Assembly (NCBI GenBank): GCA_001244265.2 | Contig: CDLV01000004.1 | Span: forward strand, 186,001-250,000 | Direction of reading: 5' to 3' | DNA: 64,000 nt | Source of the DNA: Microbotryum violaceum | Taxonomy: Eukaryota | Shown: positions 13,748-26,537 of the stretch, in pieces | How the letters are laid out: the number at the start of each line of letters is the position of its first letter | Position numbering within the stretch: position 1 is the stretch's first letter | The notes under the pieces: model-generated | Database searches by the model: none | The model's input: only the letters and a program-made list of their open reading frames with translations | Told to the model about the DNA's origin: nothing | Translations under genes and position numbers: made by a program

Positions 13748-15546
13748 GGGGCAGGCTGGTGATCTTGGTTGATAATGTATAAGGCAAGAGTTGTCCTTGG
13801 TTGTGGGTTCTTCGACGTGCTCAACAAACACTGGCAACGCGCGTCGTGCTCTCTTTTCTCTACCGCGAGCAGTATTCAAGCTGCAAATCGGCATTTATGC
13901 TGCAAATCGGAGATCTGGTGAAGGAACCTGAGACCGCGCATCGATCGACCTCGCGCCGAGGAGTGCTAGCTGACTCCTGAGTCGCACGGACCAGCCGGTC
14001 CAAGAGCAGAGCATTACTGAGCACATTGAAGATACCAATCAAATAAAATAAAACCGTTGCCCCAACTGGGGCGATGCTGGTGAAATAGCATGACGTAATT
14101 GGTCGAGCACAGATTGTCGCACCTGTCAAGAGCCACGCGGGCCAAGTGTTCGAGATCTGTAAGGTATGCGCCTCTGATGTGCATAAATTGCAACCTGTCG
14201 TTCTTGACCACTAGACTAAAAGCAAGTCGTAACTAGAAGTCGGCAGTTCTAGCTACTCAGAGGCTACTTATAGGGCTGTTCTGAAAGGCATCCCCTTACA
14301 TAAGGCGGGGTATCTTCACAGGGATGGTTTTGGAGATGATCAGCAGTGGGAGATGGAGGATGCAGAGGCACAGGACGAGAATGGAAAGCGTGGAGAGGAG
14401 GAGGGTGGTACTGGAGGAGAGGATGAAGTTGCAGGAGGAGCAAGGGGCGGGCGAGGGCAGTAGAGCTAGTAGAGGCTGGGTTCGATTTCCCCCTACCATC
14501 CCACACACACCCCCACCAAATCACACATCCTCGTTCAAAAACAAAAAAAGAGAAAAAATAATGTATACTAAATATCTTGCTTTCATCTTTCATCTATTAC
14601 AGGTCTGCTTTCGTTGCTCATGGACCGGCTCGCGATTTGGGATTGACATGACTCGACGGTGGCTCGCGCTCTTTGGCTTCAGGGTTCTGAGTCAAGGGAG
14701 GGATCAGCAATCACAGGCAGAAAGTCGGCTTCGAGGGGCCAGGGACTGCTGAGGTGGAGGTTTTGAGGGGCCTCCACCGCGTCTTGTTGTGACCGAGCAT
14801 AGACTTGGGGCTTCGTGGGTCAGGGTAGTTGCGCAGTCGCTCTCCTGTCTTTGTTTCGACCGAGTTGGGAAGTGGGTGCGGGGTGGGCCTCTTGTCGTTA
14901 GTTAGTCGTTTTATTACTCTTTCCCTACCTCTCTCTCTCTCTCTCCTTCTCTCTCTCATTCGTCTCCTTGGGGGGAGCAACCGCTTGGCTGGGGCACTTG
15001 AATCCCGAGTATCGGATTAGTGGACACCGGCCCGATTCTCGCATCTTGTGGGCGGTTTGTGTTATCATCGTCGACTTCCATCTAGTTTTTCCGTAGGCCA
15101 ATCAAAGGGAGCAGAAATTAGGGGCAATACGATGAACAGTTTCTACAAACAAAAATAAATTAACAATAAATAAAAAATAAATCAAAAATCAAAAAAATCC
15201 CTGTCGATCTCCGCATCGCACGTGGCGCAGCGCTCGGGCCCTATCCGACAACAGCGAATCAGTTGGATGTCCCCGAGATATGACAAGAGGACAAAAAATG
15301 CCCACAAAATATCGCGAAAAGACAGACTCTCGCTACCTCTTATAAAGACAGTGGCGAAGGGGTCGTGCCCGGTCCACCCGGCAGAATAGTTACGGGTGGT
15401 TGTCCTTTTTTTAATGGCAGAATCGGTCTACTCTTCCAAGACGGTAGGTGGACCAAGCGTGTGGAAAACCTGGGTCAGACACACTGATGTGAGACTCAGT
15501 CGAGAATCGAGACTCGGTGTCTCGGAAATGAGTGCCGCCACAGGGG

Positions 15547-15946
15547 TACATGGGCAACCTTCAACCGCACGGAATCCATGTGGCTATAATCCGCAACGGG
15601 CCATAACCCTAACCAGCTGCAAAACTCGAGGTTTTCCGGCTGGTATACTTATGAAATGCAAGATATTTCAACATCAACCTGTCAGAAATTGCCAGGGATG
15701 ACAATGTGTTGGGCAGAACCGCTGACCATGCGCGAAGGGTCGAAGCGCACTTGCGGGTCCATAATTGTACCCTCGTCACCCCACATGTCATATTCTGACA
15801 CATTGCCATCCCTGGCAATTGTTGGCAAATTCATGTTGAAATATCTTGCATAAGGATTCCAGCCGGAAAACATCGAGCTTTTGCAGATGGTCACCGTTGC
15901 GGATTATAGCCACATGGATTCCGTGCGGTTGTGGGTTGCACGTGTA
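15547..15946. repeat. Fold-back element / MITE-like long inverted repeat
   Basis: Arms of about 150-160 bp (15547-15709 and about 15799-15946) include a perfect 38-bp match, 15562-15599 vs 15894-15931. TA at both outer ends. Confidence 0.8.
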
Positions 15947-16781
15947 GACGCGGCCTGGGCTATGCGTGCGAGAACATTTCCCGTTCTATCCCAGCGGTCC
16001 ACCGGGCGCCAGGCTTGTGGCATCGATTCAGATGCTAAGGAATTTTTATAATGCAAAGTGGTATTCCTCTGTGACACCTGTCACATATGTTGCCGGAACT
16101 CCTCCGGCGTGCAATTTGTGGATGAAGCTATCGGGGCCATCTCGTTCCCGTCTGCCTCGGGTAGGTAAACGACGATGTCCCCCAAATGGGAACTGCGCAA
16201 CATTGGCAATCTTGGTTTTGACGTCGACGTGAATCCCAAACAAGCCCCTGGGCTACGATCCAGTTTCACAGTCGGAGGTGGCGCCGCAGCCGGTGCTCCA
16301 TCGCGCAGCGCCGAACTCGACGCATCGGCCCGACCAGTAAGCGCTCTTCCTGACTTGAAGGCGCGCTCCCTCACAGCCATTGTCGGCATCGTCGGGTACA
16401 GAACGGCTGGTTGACAAAGCCTCCACGCGGCTCGTGAATCCTTGAAAGACATCTGTATTTTCGAGACGGCGTGCGACGCGGGTGGGGGGAGGCCGAACAT
16501 ACCAAGCACGCGCCCGCGATCACGCTCTCGCGGCGGAGACGGGACAGGACCGGACAACCGCAAAGTCGCAACCGAGGCACAAGAGCGCGGCTCTGAGTCA
16601 TGACAGCGTGACATTGACAAAACAGGACGCAAGAGGCTTCGACCTCACCAACAAACAAAACGTACACGACCTCGCAGACACAGGGATACGCAACTCTGTA
16701 CAAACGAAGCTCCACCTTCCGCGAAGGGAGTCAGATATCTCAGCCTATTGCCCACAGGGGCTCTCCCGCCGCCCGCAGCAA

Positions 16782-17085
16782 CTAGCGCCCCGCCGGAAAC
16801 TTCGACAGTGGGTGCGCGATCATGAACGGGAACGGTTCGTACTGCCGCGGGCGGTCTGGCTGCCGGGACACGACGTCCGCGGGGTTCACCTTTGTGTTCA
16901 CGTATTCAATCGACCACTTCACACCTCGAGTTTCCTCAAGGCTGCGCAGGTTTGAAAGCGACAAGTTCAACAAGGGATTCATCAAATGCCCTTTCCTCCA
17001 TCCAAGCACAACCCCGGTGTTGTCACATTGGAGAACAAAAAGTTTATCGTTTTTAGACATTCGTAACGCTGCCTCAGCCACTTTG
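16782..17085 (-). mobile_element. RNase H fragment of a tyrosine-recombinase (DIRS/Ngaro-type) retrotransposon
   Basis: VLQCDNTGVVLGWRKG...LN...IEYVNTKVNPADVVSR matches the DIRS-type RNase H pattern (DN..VV, G, NxAD.xSR). Cut off at its 5' side by the LINE. Confidence 0.75.
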
Positions 17086-19105
17086 TTCCGAACCGTTGGA
17101 TCGGCACGAACATCGCTGGGGTCCAATGTCTCATGGACCCTGGACTTCCGGGCTCAACACCCGTGTCTGGCATGCTAGCGGTGATGGACTTTGAAAAGGC
17201 TTACGATCGTCTTTCCCACCCGTACCTTGATGCAGTCCTCTGCGCCGTTGGCCTCGGCCCCAAAGCCCGCCAATGGTACCGAGCGACCTACACCAACCAA
17301 TCTGCCTCGATCTTCCTCAACGGTTGGCTCTCTGCCACTTTCGACATCCTGTCGGGCGTTCGGCAAGGTGATCATTTGGCTCCGTCTCTCTTCGTCCTGG
17401 CGATCGAAGGTTTTGCCTGTCAGATTCGATTGAGAGTCAAGGGCATCGATATTGCGGGCCTCCAAAACGTTCGCGAACTCCTTTTTGCCGACGACGCTTG
17501 CTGCGCACTCCACAACCTCTCGGACCTCGACCACCTCAATCGGGCGATCGAGCTTTACGAACGGGCAAGTGCCAGCAAGCTCAGCAACGTCAAATCTTTC
17601 CTCTATCCCCTTGGAGCTTTTCGGGATCGGTCGATCGCCCCAGATCTCGGGACCCGGCGTCTCAGCGATTCGCAGGTTCGCTACCTTGGTATTCAGGTCG
17701 GGGTGGAGATCGCCGAGGATGCGGGCTGGGAAGATGTCAAGGCCTCGACCATCGCTCGGATACGCTCAGTTCCGATGTACGATCTCCCATATGCAGCCAA
17801 GTGTTCGATCATCAACATCTACTGCTACACAAAGATCTTGTACTACAGCCGATTCCTTCCCGCCCCAAGAGCGTCGTCAAGGAGATCGAGGAGGCTGCCA
17901 TGCTCGCCTTTCACGGTCGAGCTTCGGATGGTACTCAGCGACGTCCGAAGGTCTCCCGGTCGCGCCTCTGCACCCCTCTCGATCACGGCGGCTTCGGTTT
18001 GATTGATCTGCCTCGGCGTCTAGCAATCGATCACGCGAAGTGGGTCTTCCAGCTCCGGGCCCCGGACGGCTGCTTCACACGCCACCTCTTCGACATCCGC
18101 ATCCGCCTCCAGGCACCAAACGAACCAACCCCTTTCACCTTGTCCAAAGTGGGACCATGCGGTGAGAAAAACGACAAAACTTCTTCCTGCTCGTTGGGTC
18201 CGATACTTCGAAGCCTGGGCGTTGGTGACCACGCTCAATCCCCCGGAACTCTCCAAGAGCCAGAACCTCGAGCAATGGGCGACGCACGTACTCTATTTCC
18301 CAGCGGGCCACGGAATACAACTTTCGGTAAACCCGACGCTTTTTCGAGGGCCCGATGGCGAGGTGATGACCCCGTCTTCGTTTGTGAACGCGTCCAAACG
18401 CCACCAAGCCTCATCTTCCCCCCTATCTTCCCCAAGGGACACCAGAAGGTATTCGATCTGCCTGAGCAACGCTGGAACGCTTGGTGGAAGGCTTTGCGCA
18501 AGGTTCGCCGGGTTCACTCGGACGCCGAGGATACCGGCCACCTTCTCTCCCTGGGGTCCCTCCATCGGGAAGCCAAGTCGCCTCCCCAACCAGCCCACAT
18601 CCCAACAATCGATTTCCCTCCTGTGTGATGTGCCTCTCGGAAGCACCCGAGTGCCTGGTTCACCTCGCGGTCGGCTGCCCATTTGCCCGGCGCCTCTGGT
18701 CTGCTCTGTCCCCGACCCCCACCCAGTCTTTGTGGACTTTGTATGCCCGGTCGTGTCTCGCTCGGAACGTCGACTTGTCGAACTACGAGTCCCCTTCTTT
18801 CACTCGATCTGGAAGCTCTGTCGCCGTCGTCGATTCTCGTCGGATCTTTTGGAACCGATCACCGAAACGGAGTTCGAGGGGCTTCGAGCCTCTATCCAGG
18901 AGTCCAAGGGTCGCCTAGTGTCTCTGTAAGACACCGAAGGGGGTTTTAGTAGGTATGGTTGATCCTGGTTCAGGGTCAATGAGTCCTACACTACTGGCTT
19001 CTGCCAGTGTGCGTAACAGCATTCCCTCCGACTTTTCCGAAGATTTCTAGGTATTAATATAATTATGCTGTTAATGAAGTCTATCAAATAAATAAATAAA
19101 TAAAA
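17086..19105 (+). mobile_element. 5'-truncated L1/Tx1-like LINE, copy 1
   Basis: RT motifs DFEKAYD, GVRQGD, FADD, YLG; C-terminal Cys/His finger; 3' UTR and (AAAT)n tail. Nearly identical to 30193-32194. Confidence 0.95.
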
Positions 19106-21642
19106 TACCTAGAATCGCTGTTTTTGACTGTGTTGCGGCCCTCTGGGCCGCCTATAGTGAATGTTCCAGTACAGTATTGCGTCTGCCGCACCTGCCTGTG
19201 ATATTGGCGTCCCGACCAGAAGTCATGTACGACCCTTTTCGCATTTTCTGCACCATAAAAGTCGAGCTGCAGCCCGAGGAAATTTTTGTTGATTTTCGGT
19301 GGGGTGCCCAACTATTGAGCAGTTTGTGTAGGATTTAATGTATAGCAAGCGCGTGGGATTACATGACACTTCTTCTACAGAGCTCAGGCGTGGTCTCGCT
19401 GTCGTTGACGCGCGGACGCGGGCGCCACTAATAAGCTGCGCGATGCCCCGTCGATCACGTGACGTATTTCTGGTATCCCGATACCGGTTTTAGGGGCTCA
19501 ACAACAACATGAGGTTCCAGGCGCTGTGAATACTCCGGCGCTACTTTCTCCAATTTTCGCCTTTTCCCTCCTACTCTCATCGAATTTGCGTGACAACCGC
19601 GCCGAGTCTTTGGCGCCAGGGTAGCGCCGTACGATATACGATAGCGTACTACCGTACCATGGCCTGCCCTGGCCTGCCTGGGCCTGCTCGAACTTGCTTG
19701 AGCGCCTGCCGCTGAGCCGGCTGCTCTCCTCTCCTCTTTGTCCCGCTCCGATAAACAGAATCAGCTCCCCGCGCGTGATGACAACCACTCGACCAATCTT
19801 GGTATTACGACCCGTATAGCGTCCGCCGTACAGCTTTGTAGAACGAACAGCGTGGTCAGCGCGAGGGCCCGATGGCCGATCCGACGCTGAGCTCGCCCCA
19901 CCACCACCTTTTCCTGCGCAGAGGCAAGTGCGCAGGCCTCGAATCGCGCTCAAACCCCTCAAGCCCCACGTTTTCGCAGGGCAAGGTGCAGCTACCTCCC
20001 CCTCCCCAGCCCAATCTCGAGTATCGGCAGCTTCTTCAAGGCTCGGATAGCGGTCAGTTGCTCCGTCCAACAACATCTCTCTGCAGTATGGCCCACATGC
20101 TGAACTGTGTGATGCACCTACACAGACGCTAAAGCATTCCGCGAGAATGCCCGGTCTTACAATAACGCGTTGTCCTTTACTTCGCTCGCTGCCTACTGCT
20201 GGGACCAAACCCAAGTGGGCACTCTAGGACCTCCCGTGTTTCGCGTGTTCGGTCGCCTTTACCATCGACTGGGAGCCCTGATCCCTGCCATGAATCAACG
20301 CCCAGCCTTTGCTCAAACATGGCTGATCAACCCGGCCGAGGCCACCGACACCCGACTTGAACCCGGCGGCGCAGACAGTCACATGCAACGATCTACTTTG
20401 ACCAAGCTCGAGTCCATGTTGCGTACCAAGAATCACTTTGTGAGGGAGTTCGCATCGGCCAAACCTCGCGCAGGTTGGGATACGCCCAAAGAGTGGGTCC
20501 TGCGCCTCTGCCTACCACCAGGCCGGGACCGACGCACCCACAACCCTCCTACGTCGAGCACGGAAATGGCGATGCTTATCTGCGATTCCGACACCAACAC
20601 GGGAGATCGTGGACCGCAAGACCTTATTCTCCAGGTGCACAGTGATCGATGTCCCGATGGTCGGCCCAAGTACCAAATCGTTAGCTCGCTCCATCCGTCC
20701 GCGATGCCTCTCCGTTACCCACTACTATTTCCTGCAGGGGAAAATGGCCTCCACCCCAACATTTCTCTTTGCGGGTTTCGCTAAGCTGGGCTGCCAATCG
20801 CCAGACACCGAGAGCAGATCGACAATGGTGTCCAATCGCGCGAGGTACTTGCCGGTCTCGGTCTGGATGACGAAGACGAACAGGAGGACGAAGACCGCGA
20901 CAATGAGGATGAAGACGGCGAGGAAGGGGACGAAGAGGATGGTGATGGCGAACGTACGCGTCTTCGGCTCTTTCTCTGATGTTCCATTCTGCCGAAGGCG
21001 CAAGCACAGACTGACATTGAACTTTTGAACACCTAGGACTAAGGTCAAGTAAAGGGGTCGAGGTGGCGAGCCTCGCGTTCACAATTCTTTGCGCACTACT
21101 TGCCAAACGCGACGAGCACTTCTCAATCCCGCATGGCACCCAACGTCCCTTCCTAAAGTTCGTGAATTACGGATGTACTCCCAAGTCAAGACCGATTGAC
21201 TCAACACATCCGGTTACATCAAGAGAACCTACGCCTCACCACGACCCAAGGCATCAACGGCTTGACCCCGAACCAAATCGCGACATCACGCAGCGATACC
21301 AGGATGCGATGGCGTGCGTTGTCAAACATGGAAAGCCTCCGCTGCTCATCACGATGACGTACGACCCCGACTCACCGGAAATCAAGGCTGCACTGGGGCC
21401 GAACGACCAAGCAAGCAACCGACCGGAACTCATTGCACGAGCGTTTGAATCCAAGTTGAACCGACTCTGCGACGACAACGTTTTTGGCAACAAGCAACGG
21501 GCAGGCTGTTTGTGAATGGAGAACTGTTTCTTTGCTGTACTTCGTGGTGTGTTTATTCAACCTCTGTTGAAATCATGTAGACTGTTCAATCCTCCTGCTA
21601 TTTGAATTTCACCCTCCCGTCAATCTAACGGGTTCCCACTGG
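19106..21642 (+). mobile_element. Non-autonomous Helitron, copy A
   Basis: RepHel N-terminal remnants (SFTSL, GPPVFRVFGRLYHRLGAL, SLHP..PLRYPLLFP.GE.G, YQDAMA..GKP.L.ITMT, RPELIAR.F). 3' hairpin cccgt..acggg then CTGG|T. Homologous to copies B and C. Confidence 0.9.
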
Positions 21643-21701
21643 TTTTCTATAATCTCCGGTGCGCCAAATTGCACCAAGCGCGAGTGGCAAAGTTGCTGAT
21701 G
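21643..21701 (-). mobile_element. Isolated terminus of the CATCAGCAACTTTGCCACT TIR family
   Basis: Reverse complement reads catcagcaactttgccactcgcgctt, identical over 26 bp to 62984-63009. Confidence 0.75.
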
Positions 21702-22417
21702 TTGTTGGGTGCTGTTGACGCTTGTACACGCGATGAAGCTAGTACGCTTGTGATGGCAACGTCCATCGCGGTTTCTCCAAGCCACGTTGTCCCTAGAAAA
21801 AGCATGAGAAATAATCCCAATCAATCACGCGATCGAACAAATGAACAAATTGCTTGCTTACCGACGAAATTGAGCAGCGTGCGCAAGGACGTGCTACACC
21901 CGAGGATCATTGAGGGGGTATATTGGTCCTCAACGAGCAGTGGCGGCAGCACCTCCAGAGCCTTAACGATGAGAGGCTGAATTTCGATGTCGACACCCAG
22001 ATAACTTTTCATCCACTCTTGGCTATTGATAACGACCGAACGCATGCGCTCGGCGTAATCTATATGCCGCCAGATCCTTTCGACACCGAAAGGCAGCCGG
22101 TGCCCGGCGACAGCGATAGACCGGTAACCTTGTTTACGTGCCGCAGTGATTGCTTCACGATCCTTGAACTTGTCCCTCCAAGCGCGGAGCAGCCTAGGAA
22201 GAGTATCAAACTCGAGAGGCTCGTCTGTCGACCACGAAAGCTGTATTTGCGTGTCTGGGTTGTCGAAGCGGAAGGTGAGAAGCTCAGACACCCTAACGTC
22301 CAAAAGGGGTGCCATTCGCTCAAAATCATCGTCAAGGAGCTCGATATCCGGATCGTCCAGATACATTTCGTCAAAGTTGGCTGAAGCGAGAACGTAGGAT
22401 AATGACGATGTTGGCAC
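21702..22417 (-). pseudogene. Truncated gene of unknown function, possibly the N-terminal part of a TE-borne Ulp1/C48-like protease
   Basis: 198-aa ORF. Splicing gtaagc...ttctag gives LLNFVGTTWLGETAMDVAI, loosely like the Ulp1 WL.D..ID motif. Interrupted by the TIR terminus. Confidence 0.3.
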
Positions 22418-23104
22418 AGACGACGCAACGCGGCGGGGGAGGCAAGAGACGCGCGCAAGGCTCAGACTTTTCGTTCATCCAGCCAAGAGGCTATAATTGC
22501 AAAATCGTTCAACCAGCCAAGAGGCTATAATCGCACAATTAGAGCCCTTGCTGTTAATTCGGTACAGCCCAGAGTGTTTCCCACGCGCTCCGCACGTTCT
22601 TGAGGGTCGGCAAACTTTGGCGTACCAAGCCGAGTATGGCTGAAATGGGTCCCCGATTTGTCCACTGGCACCTACGGGCTTAGACCCCACCCACACCGGC
22701 GCGCCCTGATTTGTCCACCCCCGACTACGCGCCTTCGCGATTTTGGCCCATCTGAGGCCCCAAATTTGTCCAGTCGGGCACGCGCCTCAGGCCGGGTTTT
22801 CGGGGGTCCTACTTCGCCGCTCAGCGCTCAGACCTCAGGCCTCCCCCGATCTCGCCAGGCGTAGATAACCGAATATGTGAAATCTAAGCAGGCTTGATAC
22901 AAAAAAAAGCAGACTTCGCACTCATGAGTCATCACTCCGGGTCCTATGGTCTCACTCTGGATTCATTCACAATTCATGCCGTAATCTACTTCGTCGGACT
23001 GTACTCACCCGCGTCGAGGGTGATGAACGCGACACTGCACACAAGTCGCAGCAGCTCTACACACAAGTGAGCAACCGTTGGCTTCCGGATTGGTCCAGGC
23101 ATGT

Positions 23105-26029
23105 CTACGGATGATGAGCTCCACCCGCTCGCGACAGGTCCAGGAACGCCCCTTCGATGCAGTTCTTCACCTCCCTGTAGCTGACAATCAGGCAGCTCTG
23201 CTCGTCCCTCGACACGAGCAACAGCTTTTCGTCGACCCCGGCGTCGAGCTTGTTGAGCGCGACCAGCACGTGCGACAGATCCGTCACCGGTCGCCCTTGC
23301 TCATCGACCTGGTGGAACACGTAGTCGCGGAACAGTTTGATGATGTACCGATCTCCCGTTTCGGCCCATCGCGGGTCGTGGTCGAATTCCGGTCGCTCGT
23401 TGATGAAGCCGAACTTGGTCAGCAGGCGCACCAGACGACCGTTCTCGACCTCGCGTAGCAACTCGGATTCGAGCGTGTCCTCGGCAACGAGCGACGAGTT
23501 GAGCTCGTCGATCACCCTCGTCCCCATCAGGGCGATGACCTCTTCGATCGACTTTCTCGGACCAGGCTTGCTCAGCAGGTACAGCACCGTGTTTTTCAGG
23601 TCGGGCGAATAGACCCGAGCGATGTGCTCCACCGACTTGGGCAGGTTGTGCACGGCCGCAGGGGAACCGCACGCGAGGGTGATGATCAACTTTCCAAACG
23701 AGAGCAAGTCCTCTTGTTGCTGCTGCGCCAAGTTGTTGACCCAGTCAAAGTGAAGCACGTCCAACACGCCGCAGCCGGCCAGTCGAATTCGATTTTTGCC
23801 TGTGACGAGCAGCCGGTTGACTTCGAGCGTTCGAGCGGCAAGGCCGTTACTGTGAATAAGTTTGAGCACACTCCCGATTTGGACAAGGTAGCTCCATAGC
23901 ACGTGCTCGGCGAGACCGATACCTCCCCCACCCCCACCACCTCCTCCACCACCAGTTGTTGAGGTCGAATTGACCTGCCTTGCCCCTCGCCCGCGGTACT
24001 GGCCAGCACCCGGATGCGAAAGATGTGCGTGATGGTGGTTATACTGATAGACGTTGTGGTTAGGGGTGGCCCAGGGGTTCGGCGGCATCGTCGACAGCGC
24101 CGAAAGGTGTGATTCCCAGATAGTCTGAGATGTCGGATAATAATCGTAGACGAAGATGATAGCTACAAGTGTGTCAGAGCCGTCAAGGAGGATCAGTATA
24201 GTTGTCTTGGGCGCTCATGTCGATCTGAGGGGAAAGGGAAGTGAGAGACGCACATTGATCGCCAAAGGCTCGTGTAGTGAACGCTTCCCGCACGGACACC
24301 AGCCCGGGATGCCTCAGCCGCGTCCATTTTTCGACCATAGTTATGGCCGATTCATGGTGTAATCGGAACCCTGAAGGCGGAAATGATCTCAATTCCGGTC
24401 AGTCATGAAACGAACCACCATTTTCGGCGGCGTCAGGAACGCACCCTCAATCCTCCTTAGCGCATACGCCTTCCCGTCGCTTTCTTTCCATGCTTTGTAG
24501 ACCCAGCTTCGGAACCCGTTCCACCCACTCTGTCCCTCTGCACCGCCCCCACTCGCTCTACTGTGTGTCATTCCTTTGTCCAGAGGGTACAGGCCGATGT
24601 ACCCACCGACCTCTTCGGGCAGTTTAAGGTCGACGGTCGGGGTCGCGTGGGTCGCTTCGAGCTTGGATGTCAATGCGATGTGAAGCGACGGCGGGAGGAA
24701 GAAGGATGGGAACTGCTGGGATTGTTGATGGGTTGAAGAAGAGGGCAGCGAATGGTAGAGATGGTATTGTAGCTGTTCGAGGCGAAGAGAGGTGGTATGA
24801 TGCGAACGAGTCTAGATCAGCAAATCTTTGCTCCAGTCGAGCGAAACTTCTGGATCGGAATCGAGATCAAGGGTGAATGCTCACCGGCTGACGAACGAAA
24901 GAAGGTATCGCAGATTGATGAGCATAGTACGCATCTTGCGAGCCTGCGGGGCCGACGTGTCCGCCATAGTCGTACATCACCTGTTGAGGATCCGACCCGT
25001 GCAATGGCCCCACTCCGACCGCTCCCCCACCATACATCACCGAGGGCCCGCCGGGGCCGGCTCGATTGTAGTCTGCGGGACCGTTCTGTACGCCGGGACG
25101 GGCAGGAATACAGAAGAATCGGTCAGGATAATTCTGTTCCCCCGTACAGAAAGGGGCGGTGCGTTGCTGACGTACCACGTCCATCGACTGGGCAAAGTAG
25201 TCGGCCAGATGATGGTCGTTGGATTGTGTCGGCGTGTGCACCACCGAATGCATGCCGATCGCGTGTGGTGAGTCGACGTGATGGATGTGCGCCGTGGGAC
25301 CGACCAGGCCTCCCGCATTCCCACCCCCACTGCTATGACTGTTGTTGGCGAAATGTCCAGCCGGGGTCTGGTGTTGCAGGTGATGGCGTTGCGCGGCTGG
25401 GGTGAAGTAAGGGGCATCTTCGGACAACGCCGGTCTGGGCACGAGAGAGAAGCAAGTGGTCGCATGAGTTCGGCCCGAGGCGATGGACCAGCGGCATGAA
25501 GCCTAAGCCTGACAAAAGAAGGGTGGGAGCTCACGTTGTGGACCTCTTGCCGGGGACGAATTCCTGGGCGGCTGCATTCGGTGCGAGGGTCTGTTGGCCG
25601 GCGCTCGTGGATGCGCCTGGCTCGCTGCCATGAACAGCGCTCGCGGGAGCTGCACCACCCGGGACGAAGACGGCGGCCTTGGCCACGGAGGCAACCGAAA
25701 GTTGTGTTGACCTGCACAAAGTTTGAGGAGCAGCGGTTGATGAAAAGAGCTGGCCAACTGCGAGGGACTTCTACAACTGCCTCGACTGCCAGCTCGAATC
25801 GTGGCCACACCGGGGACGTAAAGCACGGCTGGGGAAGGAAAAGGGAACTGACGGTGTAGCTGTTGTAGCAAGATATGATGCAAGGTCCTTGGTCAGCTTG
25901 GGGGAGTGCGTCAAAGCCAGTTCAGATGCAAACACGGTTGAAGGACCTACGCTTCGAAGGCGACGGCGGCGCGGTGAGCGAGGTCGTCCCCGCTACAGAA
26001 GAGGGCGCGACGATCCGAATCGGGGCCAT
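23105..26029 (-). CDS. PAN3: PAN2-PAN3 deadenylase complex subunit Pan3 (pseudokinase), multi-exon
   Basis: PAM2-like LAPNAAAQEFVPG; YKA...DGKAYALRRIEG; HPGLVSVREAFTTRAFGD; LWSYLVQI; EVENGRLVRLLTKFGFINERPEF; WAETGDRYIIKLFRDYVFHQVD; LNKLDAG. Confidence 0.96.
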
Positions 26030-26537
26030 CCGAGCCTGGGATCCAATACGGGCTCAGTGGTCGAGCGAGAGAGAGACCGGGCGAGTAATGCTGGAGACCA
26101 GCTGCCAAAGCGCGTTGACGGGAAGTCGGGTGGGTTGATGGTGGAGGGGGTGGGGCTGACCTGTCCAGACCGGTCCCTATTAGCAAGGGTCCGCATTAGA
26201 TCAGATCAGATCAGATCAGATCTGACGGGGGTCAGATCAAGTTCAGATCAATCAAGCCTCGAGAAAAAAAAATCCAAAAGTAGGCGGTACCTAGATGGTG
26301 CCATTGTGATTTGAAATGCCAACTGCGGCGCACCTGATCACTGCATGAGAGAGAAAGGAGCGCGCCATCTGCCATCTGGCATCGCCGCCGCATTGGGTGT
26401 CGGCCCCGCGCCACAGAAATACTACAGGGTGTGGTCCTCCTCTGATGGGCCTTCGTTGCAGTGTCAGGTGCTGACTCATTGCAAACACTGTCTCATAGGG
26501 ATCATGCGACCCAATCCAGTCATAGAAGCGGGGAGCT

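Noticed and set aside
18930..19085. Hammerhead ribozyme in the LINE 3' UTR
   Set aside because: Only a small stem-loop (actggc-ttct-gccagt); no CTGATGA...GAAA core
20870..20950. Hydrophobic TM-like ORF (FAITILFVPFLAVFILIVAVF) in Helitron copies
   Set aside because: Antisense reading of an acidic GAY/GAR tract of the RepHel remnant
23920..24090. His/Gly-rich insert in the Pan3 pseudokinase as a novel domain
   Set aside because: Low-complexity insert in what is probably a variable loop; no sign of a folded domain
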